A stretch of 64,000 bases of DNA, from contig JAFSAU010000016.1 in assembly GCA_017442155.1 (NCBI GenBank), positions 99,723 to 163,722 of the forward strand, given 5' to 3'. The position numbers and the translations under genes were made by a program. Below the pieces are notes generated by a model that worked only from the letters and a program-made list of their open reading frames with translations, was not told the DNA's origin and made no database searches. Source of the stretch: Clostridia bacterium (lineage in GTDB: Bacteria > Bacillota > Clostridia > UMGS1883 > UMGS1540). Within the stretch, counting starts at the first letter, position 1. Each line of letters opens with the position of its first letter. Shown piece by piece: positions 48,532 to 57,038 of the stretch.

Positions 48532-51500
48532 ATGCAAGAAAGTAGACATAAGGGTTTGTCGGAAATTTCGGACGGGCAGGCACTTGCGCTTGGCGTAATC
48601 GCAGGTGCATCTGAAGCCATAACAGAAAAAATCGGCATGGATGAACTCATGAATGTGAAGGGGGCAAAAAGCTGGAAACAGTATATTGTGAGAAACGCAA
48701 GGGCAGAAGCGGGAGAAGAAGGCATTTCAAACGTAGCCAATTTTCTGGGAGATATTATTGTAGCCGGCGACGAAAGTGAGTTTCAGAAGAACATAGAATA
48801 CTACGTTAAAGAAAAAGGACTGAAGGAAAACGAAGCATTCGGAAAAGCTTTTGGCGACCAGCTTTTAAGCATGGGACTTGATGCCCTTGCAGGTGCTATT
48901 TCGGGAAGCGTAATATCCGGCTCGTTAACACTTGTGAATAGTGCGGTACGGACACGGACAAACCGAGCAGAAGAAAATGAAATGGTACGCGGTATGCAGC
49001 AATGGCTTGCAGAAAGAAAGACACGGGAAGGAGAAGGAACACAGTATTCAATCACCGAAATTCGGGGAAAAAATGGGAGCTACGGAAATGGTGTTTACTT
49101 GGACACGAATGTTTTTGACGGTGTAAAGCCACGGGATTGGGGGAAAACATTAAATCGTTTTGTATATAACAATCTCGCCGGAAGTGAACTTACCATGTAC
49201 GACAAAAATGGGAATGCGGAAAGTGTTTTTCTTGCTAAGGCAAATGACAGGGTGAAAAAGGACGGGACAAATAATAGCCATAAAGTGATAGATAAGCTGG
49301 CAAGATACAAGGGGGACAATATTCGTGCACTTGCTACTGTACATCTGTCAGAGGCCTTGGAAACATCCGGAAATGAGAGAAGCACCAATGAACATTCACA
49401 TCAGTGGATGGATGAAAACGGATGGATATACAGAACTGCTTATTTTATGGATAAAAAAGGTGCAATATATGAAGCCACCCTGAATATAGCAGATGGAAAA
49501 AACAGAAAAATTCTTTATGATATAAATAAAATAAAAAAGATTGACGACGGCGTTGTGCCCTCGACCACAAAGGGAAGGGGCTCGCTCATAAACATCAATC
49601 CTTTTAGTAATATGGTAACACAAAAGAAGGGGGATGTCAAGCCTTTTGATGAAAATAATAGCTTTGCAATCAGCAGAATGCTTCCGAGAGCCGGAGAAAG
49701 TGGCCCCATACTTCCCACGGCGAAAGAGGAAATGGAAGCGAGAGAGCGGCAAAGAAGGGCAAACGAGGCAAAGACAGAGACGGAGCGGACGGGCATATTG
49801 TATGGGGCAACGGAAGAAAAAATCGGGATGGCGGTACGAATTTCGGAGGCCATAAACCGCGAGGTGGTATTTTATGAAAATACAGACCCGAACGTAAAAA
49901 ACGATGACGGATATTATAACAGCCGGGACGGAAAAATTTATATCAATGCAAAAAGTAAAAATGCGATACCAAGGATTATTGCACATGAAATAACGCACAG
50001 CGTGGAGCTTGCGGATTCGTATATAGACCTTTTCCGCACCGTAATCCGGCACATCCAGAAATCAGGTAAAAGCATTTCTGATATGCGAAGTGAGATAAAA
50101 AGCAGATACGAGGAAAATGGCGTGAAGCTTTCCAAAACTGCTGCGATTGATGCGGAAATTATGGCGGAATATATTGCGGAGCACCTTCTCACAGACGAAG
50201 CAAGCATTACAAACCTTGCGAAAGAAAGCCCCAAAAGTGCGAGAGGAATACTCCACTTTTTGGATTCTATTTTGGCAAAGCTGGGAAATACAAATGCGCA
50301 AGAACGGGTCTTTGTTGCGAAAGCACGGGCATTATATGCAAAGGCACTTGGAGAAACGCAGAGCACGGCGGAAACGGAAAGTGAGAGAATGCGGGGCGAG
50401 CGGCCGGTAGGGGCGGATAGCATCCGCCCGGATGAGAATGGTGCCGGAAACGGGCGGATAGTATCCGCCCCTACGGTGTCCGAGACAACAGGAGAGAAGC
50501 ACCCGATTATCCGGGAGAACGTTTTGCCGACGGCGGCAGAACGGTTTGGAAACAAGACGGTAGAGGCCCAGGACGGGCGGCAACCGGCAACCTCTACGAC
50601 GGAAAACGGCGGGACGGAGAGTAGAAGGGCAGAAGGAATGGCCGAGGTAGAAGCTATCGTTTCGGAAAACCTTCGGCCGGAGATTGCAGAAAATGCAGAG
50701 CTTATGGAAATGCTGCGTGCACAGTTTGGCGCAGACGGTACGGCGGCACTTGCCCGGCAAATCAAAGCAGAGGTTGAAAGAACCGGCACGGTCGGTAGAT
50801 TCGGCGTGCTGCTTTCCGATGGCGGCATGGCGGTGGAAGAAACTTTGGGGGCTGGCGATGTAAGCAATGGCGGGGAAAGACAATTTTCCATTTCAAAGGA
50901 TGAAGGCGCAGATACACTTCGTGAACGAGGAAAAATAACTGTAAATATGGATGAAGATGCGCGATATGAGGTGTTAAAGGACAAGAAAGTGACTCCTCAA
51001 GAAGTCGGGAGCCAAGGCAATGCTGATATTGATTTTGAATACCTTGAAAACAACATAAAGAGCGTTGTTGAGAAGGGGTTGCTGAAAAAATTTCAACAGA
51101 TGGGATTATTCAAGCGATACAAGTCAATTGCAGTGGGTGATATTTCCTTTGACTTTACAGGCAAGGGATTCCGGAAAAGTTTACACTCACAGGAAACGGC
51201 ATACGGAGGCAGTAAGGCGGATTTTGCGAAAGTATTGCTAAACTTAGAAAATTTGTTAGACGCTTCTGTTTTGATTGAGACGCATACTGATAAAGGAAAA
51301 GGAATGGACAAAGAAAAACGTGGACTAGAAAAAGTTTATGTTTTGTTCGGCGCATTAAGCGAAGACGGAACAATTACACCAGTTCAATTTGAGGTTGAGC
51401 AATACAAAAGCAATGAAAATCGTTTATACCTTGCTGTAGCATTAACAAAAATAGAGACAGGCGTCAAGGGCAATACGGCTTCCAAAGAACGGAAGGCGAC

Positions 51501-54354
51501 AAGCCTGTTACCAGTCTCTGATATCAGTATAGCAGAAATCTTTACAAAAATCAACCCCACAGACAAAAATTTTCTAAAATATATTCCCAATCAGTTTCTG
51601 GGTGCAGAACAAATTGCGGCAAAAGAAAAGGCGTTTGCAAAAGATAAAGAAAAATACTCCAATAAAACCAATCAACGTGATGACAACATTCAATACGCCA
51701 TAACAAAAGACCCCGTCGATACAGAAACCACCACGGAGAGTGCAGAAACAACTGACACTGCAGACTTCTGGGATGCATGGCTTGAAAAGGTGAAGGAATA
51801 CGGTGCAATGGAGAAGGGCGAGAAACCGGCAGCCTCTACGACGGAAAACGGCATGGCGGAGAGCAGAGGAGTAGAAGGAATGGCCGAGGTAGAAGCTATC
51901 GTTTCGGAAAACCTTCGGCCGGAGATTGCAGAAAATGCAGAGCTTATGGAAATGCTGCGTGCACAGTTTGGGGCTGACGGTACGGCGGCACTTGCCCGGC
52001 AAATCAAAGCAGAAGTTGAAAAGACCGGCTCGGTCGGTAGATTCGGCGTGCTGTTTTCCGATGGTGGCATGGCGGTGGAAGAAGCTTTGGGGGCTGGCGA
52101 TGTAAGCAATGGCGGGGAAAGACAATTTTCCATTTCAAAGGATGAGGAGACAGAAGGAATCTTCTCTGCCCCGCAAGAAGTGACAGAAAAGCTTTCAACG
52201 CAAGTGGATGCATGGCTTTCCGGAAAAATGGGTAGCAGTGATGTTTTTGATATAGGCCAAACGCCAATGGTACTGCAACAACTGGGAGCATTGGATTTGC
52301 CTGTTAGCATGAGCCAGGAGGTAATGGCGAAAATAACGGGCGAAAAGCATAATATTTCGCTTGGCGAAATAAAGCGTTTGCCACAAGCTATTGCGGATCC
52401 CATCATGGTATTCCAATCTGCTACAGTGCAAGATGCACTTGTGATTTTGACAGAGCTTTCTGATAAGAGTGGGAATGATGTGGTTGTAGCCATGCACCTA
52501 AACAGAAGGCGTGGGTTTAATAACATAAACAGAATTTCCAGTGCGTATGGGAAAAACAACATAGGGAATTTTATATCGCAGCAGATAGAAGCAGGGAATT
52601 TAAAATACGCAGATAAAAAAATGAGCCAAGAATGGCTTCGTAGCAGAGGGCTCCAATTGCCCAAGCTGAACACCATTCTTAACTCTAATAACAGTATACT
52701 CCAAAAAGAGGATATTGTCAATAAGTATTTTATAAAAAAATCCGGAAAATATGCACAGAATGCGGAAAATAAAAGTTTTTCTATAAGCGAGAAGCAGAAG
52801 GATGGACGGCAGTATTCGATTGGAAAAGAAAAAGGGGTTGCAAAGAAGGATGACACAGAGTATAATAAATACAACATGCCGAATCGACCGCTGAAACCAG
52901 GGGATACGTTTCCACCGTTCAATGAATCACATAGTGATGCAAACGAGAGAGCGACACGGTGGGCACACAGAGAAGACATAAAAAATGGCGATAAGGTAAT
53001 GGTGACATATCATGGCATGAAATACGTCATAACAAAAGACGATAATACACATTTAAGGTACACAATCGACAGAAAATTAACAAAAAAAGGATATTTAAGT
53101 GCGAAACAGTATTATGGGGAGGTAGAAGAATTTGACATTAATAGAGATGAACAGCAAAGAACAAAAGGAATTCTTTCAGACGGTAAGGGGAATAGAGAAT
53201 ACAATAGCAATAGAGAGGGAGGAAGTAGAAACGATACTTTGCTTAGTGCGGACAGTGGAAGGACTGGAGATGCTGAAGCAGTTCCTGGCAGAACAGGAGA
53301 AAGAACCGACGGCACAAGAGATACTGCACGAAGTATCGAAGATCAGCAGGATAGAGGAGCAGTTCATCCCGTGGGACGAGGAGGACGACGAAGAGGAGCA
53401 GTAGATGATGAAAGCATCCAATACGCCATAACAAAAGAGCCCGTCGATACAGAAATCACCACGGAGAGTGCAGAAACAACTGACACTGCAGACTTCTGGG
53501 ACGAATGGCTTGAAAAGGTGAAGGAATACGGTGCAATACCGAAGGGCGAGAAACCGGCACGGGACATTGAGGTTCCGAAAAAGATTGGAAAAAACAAGCC
53601 GGTAAGTCAGACCGTACGTACCATTTTAGAAGCGAAGGTAACGCCGGACGAGGCTATTCCCACCATAGAGCAGATGGTGTTAGACGGGGAATTCTCCTAC
53701 GACGTGCACACGGACAAAAAAGCCATAAAAGAAGCTGACGGAAAAATTGAAAAGCGGGGGTATATAGCCGCTTATGATGCCTGGGCAAAAGATATGGATG
53801 CCGGGAAAGTCTCGAAAGAAAACACGGCGTTAGGCTGGGCCCTTTACAATCAGGCGGCAACAAGCGGAGACATAAAAACCGCAACCACCATTCTGAACAA
53901 AATGGTGCAGCACCAGCGGAATGCGGCCCAGGCTTTGCAAGCAACCCGGATACTAAAGCAGCTTTCACCGGAGGGGCAGTTATATCAGGCAGTAAACGCC
54001 GTGGAAGCCCTGCAACAAGAGCTAAAAGAAAAATACGGAGACAAGGCACCGGATTTAAAAATCGACGAAAACCTTGCAAAAGAATTTTTAGAAGCAAGAA
54101 CCCAGAATGAACGGGACGAAATCATAAAGATAATCTACCGTGACATCGGGCGGCAGATGCCCTCCCGGTTTATCGACAAGTGGAACGCATGGCGGTACCT
54201 TGCCATGTTAGGGAACCCCAGAACGCACATTCGGAACATCGTCGGCAATGCGGAGGACAACGTGTCAAATGTGAAAATCTTTTGTCGAAAAAGAAAAAAT
54301 AAAAGGGACCATTTACGCATAACCTGCATACTGTGTATTGAGGCGCATATATAG
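48532..54354 (+). CDS. Giant hypothetical protein (1940 aa) with an HExxH zincin-like motif and internally repeated modules; resembles mobile-element polyvalent proteins; 3' end appears truncated
   Basis: Single open frame with no signal peptide or TM segment. IIAHEITHSVE gives an HExxH motif. Two DNA-level repeat modules lie inside the ORF. The C-terminus ends in an aberrant tail (…NVKIFCRKRKNKRDHLRITCILCIEAHI*). Confidence 0.55.
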   Translation: MQESRHKGLSEISDGQALALGVIAGASEAITEKIGMDELMNVKGAKSWKQYIVRNARAEAGEEGISNVANFLGDIIVAGDESEFQKNIEYYVKEKGLKENEAFGKAFGDQLLSMGLDALAGAISGSVISGSLTLVNSAVRTRTNRAEENEMVRGMQQWLAERKTREGEGTQYSITEIRGKNGSYGNGVYLDTNVFDGVKPRDWGKTLNRFVYNNLAGSELTMYDKNGNAESVFLAKANDRVKKDGTNNSHKVIDKLARYKGDNIRALATVHLSEALETSGNERSTNEHSHQWMDENGWIYRTAYFMDKKGAIYEATLNIADGKNRKILYDINKIKKIDDGVVPSTTKGRGSLININPFSNMVTQKKGDVKPFDENNSFAISRMLPRAGESGPILPTAKEEMEARERQRRANEAKTETERTGILYGATEEKIGMAVRISEAINREVVFYENTDPNVKNDDGYYNSRDGKIYINAKSKNAIPRIIAHEITHSVELADSYIDLFRTVIRHIQKSGKSISDMRSEIKSRYEENGVKLSKTAAIDAEIMAEYIAEHLLTDEASITNLAKESPKSARGILHFLDSILAKLGNTNAQERVFVAKARALYAKALGETQSTAETESERMRGERPVGADSIRPDENGAGNGRIVSAPTVSETTGEKHPIIRENVLPTAAERFGNKTVEAQDGRQPATSTTENGGTESRRAEGMAEVEAIVSENLRPEIAENAELMEMLRAQFGADGTAALARQIKAEVERTGTVGRFGVLLSDGGMAVEETLGAGDVSNGGERQFSISKDEGADTLRERGKITVNMDEDARYEVLKDKKVTPQEVGSQGNADIDFEYLENNIKSVVEKGLLKKFQQMGLFKRYKSIAVGDISFDFTGKGFRKSLHSQETAYGGSKADFAKVLLNLENLLDASVLIETHTDKGKGMDKEKRGLEKVYVLFGALSEDGTITPVQFEVEQYKSNENRLYLAVALTKIETGVKGNTASKERKATSLLPVSDISIAEIFTKINPTDKNFLKYIPNQFLGAEQIAAKEKAFAKDKEKYSNKTNQRDDNIQYAITKDPVDTETTTESAETTDTADFWDAWLEKVKEYGAMEKGEKPAASTTENGMAESRGVEGMAEVEAIVSENLRPEIAENAELMEMLRAQFGADGTAALARQIKAEVEKTGSVGRFGVLFSDGGMAVEEALGAGDVSNGGERQFSISKDEETEGIFSAPQEVTEKLSTQVDAWLSGKMGSSDVFDIGQTPMVLQQLGALDLPVSMSQEVMAKITGEKHNISLGEIKRLPQAIADPIMVFQSATVQDALVILTELSDKSGNDVVVAMHLNRRRGFNNINRISSAYGKNNIGNFISQQIEAGNLKYADKKMSQEWLRSRGLQLPKLNTILNSNNSILQKEDIVNKYFIKKSGKYAQNAENKSFSISEKQKDGRQYSIGKEKGVAKKDDTEYNKYNMPNRPLKPGDTFPPFNESHSDANERATRWAHREDIKNGDKVMVTYHGMKYVITKDDNTHLRYTIDRKLTKKGYLSAKQYYGEVEEFDINRDEQQRTKGILSDGKGNREYNSNREGGSRNDTLLSADSGRTGDAEAVPGRTGERTDGTRDTARSIEDQQDRGAVHPVGRGGRRRGAVDDESIQYAITKEPVDTEITTESAETTDTADFWDEWLEKVKEYGAIPKGEKPARDIEVPKKIGKNKPVSQTVRTILEAKVTPDEAIPTIEQMVLDGEFSYDVHTDKKAIKEADGKIEKRGYIAAYDAWAKDMDAGKVSKENTALGWALYNQAATSGDIKTATTILNKMVQHQRNAAQALQATRILKQLSPEGQLYQAVNAVEALQQELKEKYGDKAPDLKIDENLAKEFLEARTQNERDEIIKIIYRDIGRQMPSRFIDKWNAWRYLAMLGNPRTHIRNIVGNAEDNVSNVKIFCRKRKNKRDHLRITCILCIEAHI
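50582..50903 (+). repeat. Intragenic repeat module B, copy 1 (about 322 bp)
   Basis: About 93-95% identical to 51824-52145. Encodes …STTENG…EGMAEVEAIVSENLRPEIAENAELMEMLRAQFGADGTAALARQIKAEVE…FSISKDE. Confidence 0.85.
51688..51831 (+). repeat. Intragenic repeat module A, copy 1 (about 144 bp)
   Basis: Near-identical to about 53414-53559. Encodes QYAITK(D/E)PVDTE(T/I)TTESAETTDTADFWD(A/E)WLEKVKEYGA…KGEKPA. Confidence 0.85.
51824..52145 (+). repeat. Intragenic repeat module B, copy 2
   Basis: Directly abuts module A copy 1. Paired with 50582-50903. Confidence 0.85.
53414..53559 (+). repeat. Intragenic repeat module A, copy 2
   Basis: Paired with 51688-51831. Confidence 0.85.
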
Positions 54355-54379
54355 ATGCGCCAAGGATAGGAGATAAAGT

Positions 54380-54601
54380 ATGCTAATTCAGGTTCAATCT
54401 GTTACAGACGCTGTCAGAATGAAAAAATATCTGCGAAACCGGGGCATACGGGCTGAAGTGATACAATCACCGTCCTCTGTACGTGGCGGAAGCTGCAGCT
54501 TTGCTGTACGCGTTCCGGCTTCTGCATCGTCATCTGCCGAAAAAACGGCCCGGGAATCCGGTGTCGTTATCCTTGGTATCATGGGAAGTGGTGAAGGATG
54601 A
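54380..54601 (+). CDS. DUF3343-like small protein (putative S/Se carrier)
   Basis: 73 aa (MLIQVQSVTDAVRMKKYLRNRGIRAEVIQSP…GGSCSFAVRV). Its stop overlaps the start of the cysteine desulfurase, which is the usual pairing. Confidence 0.55.
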   Translation: MLIQVQSVTDAVRMKKYLRNRGIRAEVIQSPSSVRGGSCSFAVRVPASASSSAEKTARESGVVILGIMGSGEG

Positions 54602-55746
54602 TATATCTTGACAACGGTGCGACTTCCTTCCCGAAGCCGCGACGGGTTCATGCCGCATATGCGCGGTGTATGCAGCAATATGCGGCAAATGCGGGCCGAG
54701 GGGCGCACCGCTTAAGTGTGTTGGCTGCAGAACAAGTTTGGGAAACACGCACTCTTTTAGCCAAGCTGTTTCATATTCCTTCGCCGGAGCGGATTGCGTT
54801 TACGCAGAACTGCACAGAAGCCATTAATACCGGAATGAAGGGCCTACTCAGGGGCGGTGATGATATTGTTATCTCTGATATGGAGCATAACAGTGTGTAT
54901 CGTCCTGCTATGGCTCTCGAAAAAAAGGGGATACGCACACTCTTTGCCCGTTCTGATGAGGAAGGACGTATTTCTCCCGAGGCAATTATCCGGCAGATTA
55001 CACCACGTACGCGAATGATTTGTATACAACACGCTTCCAATGTGGGAGGTGGTATAAATCCGATTCGTGAAATCGGAAAAGTTGCCAGAGAACACGGTAT
55101 ACTTTTTATGGTAGACGCGGCCCAGACAGCGGGGAGTGTCTCCATCGATGTTGAGAGAGACTGTATTGACCTTCTTGCTTTTCCTGGACACAAAGGACTT
55201 TTGGGACCACAAGGAACCGGTGGACTATATGTCCGGAAAGACCTGGAGGTTTCTCCCTTACGCGAGGGTGGCACAGGAGGAGCGTCGGAAAGCCCTGATA
55301 TGCCTGATTTTTTGCCGGAAAGGCTGGAAGGCGGCACAATAAACCTTCCCGGTATTGCCGGCCTTGCCGGAGGCGTTCAGTTTGTTTTGGAAAAAGGACC
55401 GGGAACGATCGGACGTCACGAACAGAAGCTTGTTAAACGATTCATTGATCGCGTTTCAGTCTTTCCGGATATCAGGATTCTTGGACCGGTGGACAATCAA
55501 AACCGCGCAGGAGTTGTTTCAATTGTTTTTACCGGTAAAGACAGCGCAGAAATTGCCGGGACACTGGACAAAAAATTTGGTATAGCCGTCCGGTCGGGTC
55601 TGCACTGTTCACCGCTTGCCGCAAAGCGTTTCGGTATTCTTGAAGAGGGAAGCGTTCGTATTTCTCCCGGTTTTTTTAACACGACACAGGAAATGGACTA
55701 TGCGGCCTGGGCAATAGGTGAAATTCTAAAAAAACAGCATAAATGA
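54598..55746 (+). CDS. Cysteine desulfurase family protein (class-V aminotransferase fold)
   Basis: MIYLDNGATSFPKP… N-terminus, a PLP-Lys region (…FPGHKGLLGP…) and an active-site Cys loop (SGLHCSP). Confidence 0.85.
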   Translation: MIYLDNGATSFPKPRRVHAAYARCMQQYAANAGRGAHRLSVLAAEQVWETRTLLAKLFHIPSPERIAFTQNCTEAINTGMKGLLRGGDDIVISDMEHNSVYRPAMALEKKGIRTLFARSDEEGRISPEAIIRQITPRTRMICIQHASNVGGGINPIREIGKVAREHGILFMVDAAQTAGSVSIDVERDCIDLLAFPGHKGLLGPQGTGGLYVRKDLEVSPLREGGTGGASESPDMPDFLPERLEGGTINLPGIAGLAGGVQFVLEKGPGTIGRHEQKLVKRFIDRVSVFPDIRILGPVDNQNRAGVVSIVFTGKDSAEIAGTLDKKFGIAVRSGLHCSPLAAKRFGILEEGSVRISPGFFNTTQEMDYAAWAIGEILKKQHK

Positions 55747-55808
55747 AAAGGGGTGCGCGTAGGCATAAATAAAGCCTATGCGCACTTTGTGTAAAGGGGA
55801 GAAAGAGA

Positions 55809-56051
55809 ATGAGGATTTACGATTTTCGCCAGAAAGAGGTCATTAATCTTGCGGACGGAGCAAGACTCGGTTATGTTTTTGATGCAGAAATAGATTCGGA
55901 AACAGGAAAAGTAAATGCCCTCATTATTCCGGGGCAGGGGAAAGTACTCGGTCTTTTTGGAAAGGATAATGAATTGGTGATTCCCTGGGAAAGTATTAAA
56001 AAAATCGGTGATGATATTGTTTTAATAGACACAAATAGTATATCTCGCTAA
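55809..56051 (+). CDS. YlmC/YmxH-family sporulation protein (PRC-barrel)
   Basis: 80 aa; MRIYDFRQKEVINLADGARLGYVFDAEID…GKV…LIIPG matches the YlmC/YmxH family. Confidence 0.75.
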   Translation: MRIYDFRQKEVINLADGARLGYVFDAEIDSETGKVNALIIPGQGKVLGLFGKDNELVIPWESIKKIGDDIVLIDTNSISR

Positions 56052-56086
56052 ACAAATTATCTGGTTAAAGAAGAATCTTGCGTGTC

Positions 56087-56911
56087 TTAAAATCCGAAAT
56101 GCTCTTTTTGATATTTTGAAGGTGAACTTCCTAATTTTTCCTTGAAAATTTTTATAAAATAACTGGAGCTTGAGAAGCCGGTTCTGCTTGCGATTTCAGA
56201 AATGGAATGTTTTCCTTCCGAAAGTAGTTTTAACGCTTCGCATATGCGAAGATTCATAATATATGAAAAAGGGGTCTGCCCATTTTCTGATTTAAAAACG
56301 CGGATAAGAGTGTCGTTGCAGACGTTCATAATAGAGGCGAGCTCTTTAATAGAAAGTTCATGTGCATAATTCTCCTTGATATATGATATGACAGGTGCTG
56401 TACGTTTTACATTCCGAGTATCATTATCCGACATAAGAAAGCCGTTTTCTTGCAGTATGCTGGAGAAAAGCATAAGATATGCTTTAATGCGAAGGCGAAA
56501 GGTAGGAGAACATTCTGAATATGTGGTATGCATTACCTCAAAAAGCATATTCGCCTCCTCATACTGCGGATGGTTTGTGTCAAGGAGATAAAAGGAGTCC
56601 GGAGCCGAAGTTAAATCTACAATTTCTCCAAGAATGCTTGTGTCAAAAATAAAGCCGCGAATAGATGCATCTTCCGTTTCAGACTTAGCTTCGTGCATGA
56701 CATATGGCCCGAAGAAAATAATGTCTCCGGCATGGAGAAGATGTACCGCGGTTCCCACGCGAAACTGTACACTGCCACTTAAAACCTGGTTTATTTCCGC
56801 GTCACGGTGATAATGACCGGAAATCAGGTTTTTCTTGTCTATAGGATTCGACATATATACCGGAAAGTCTGCGGAGATATATTTTTCAAATCTGTAGGGC
56901 AACTGCTTCAT
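56087..56911 (-). CDS. AraC-family transcriptional regulator (cupin plus HTH)
   Basis: C-terminal AraC HTH (…LASIMNVCNDTLIRVFKSENGQTPFSYIMNLRI… …IASRTGFSSSSYFIKIFKEKLGSSP). Confidence 0.8.
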   Translation of the reverse strand: MKQLPYRFEKYISADFPVYMSNPIDKKNLISGHYHRDAEINQVLSGSVQFRVGTAVHLLHAGDIIFFGPYVMHEAKSETEDASIRGFIFDTSILGEIVDLTSAPDSFYLLDTNHPQYEEANMLFEVMHTTYSECSPTFRLRIKAYLMLFSSILQENGFLMSDNDTRNVKRTAPVISYIKENYAHELSIKELASIMNVCNDTLIRVFKSENGQTPFSYIMNLRICEALKLLSEGKHSISEIASRTGFSSSSYFIKIFKEKLGSSPSKYQKEHFGF

Positions 56912-57038
56912 GATATTACTCCTTAAAATCGATATAATGAAATAAATAGTCTATTTTCTTATATATTTTAAAAAAATATTCGTGTATACTATAATTATAA
57001 ACGTATTTGAAAAAAAGTCAAGCAAAAGGAGTACAAAA

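Noticed and set aside
49938-52979. Long antisense ORFs (348 aa, 429 aa, and twin 183-aa ORFs) on the minus strand inside the giant gene
   Set aside because: They are shadow frames of a purine-rich, repeat-containing coding strand. The two identical 183-aa ORFs simply mirror repeat module B. They have no RBS and are low-complexity Ser/Ala/Pro-rich.
50582-53559. Possibility that the internal repeats are a CRISPR array or tandem-repeat locus
   Set aside because: There are only two copies of each module, the units are over 100 bp, the spacing is irregular, and all of it lies in frame inside one ORF. No cas genes are present.
48532-54354. Prophage or integrated element spanning the giant gene
   Set aside because: No integrase, recombinase, terminase, capsid or conjugation genes lie within 15 kb on either side, and the flanks are syntenic-looking core genes. 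Only a single remnant gene is supportable.
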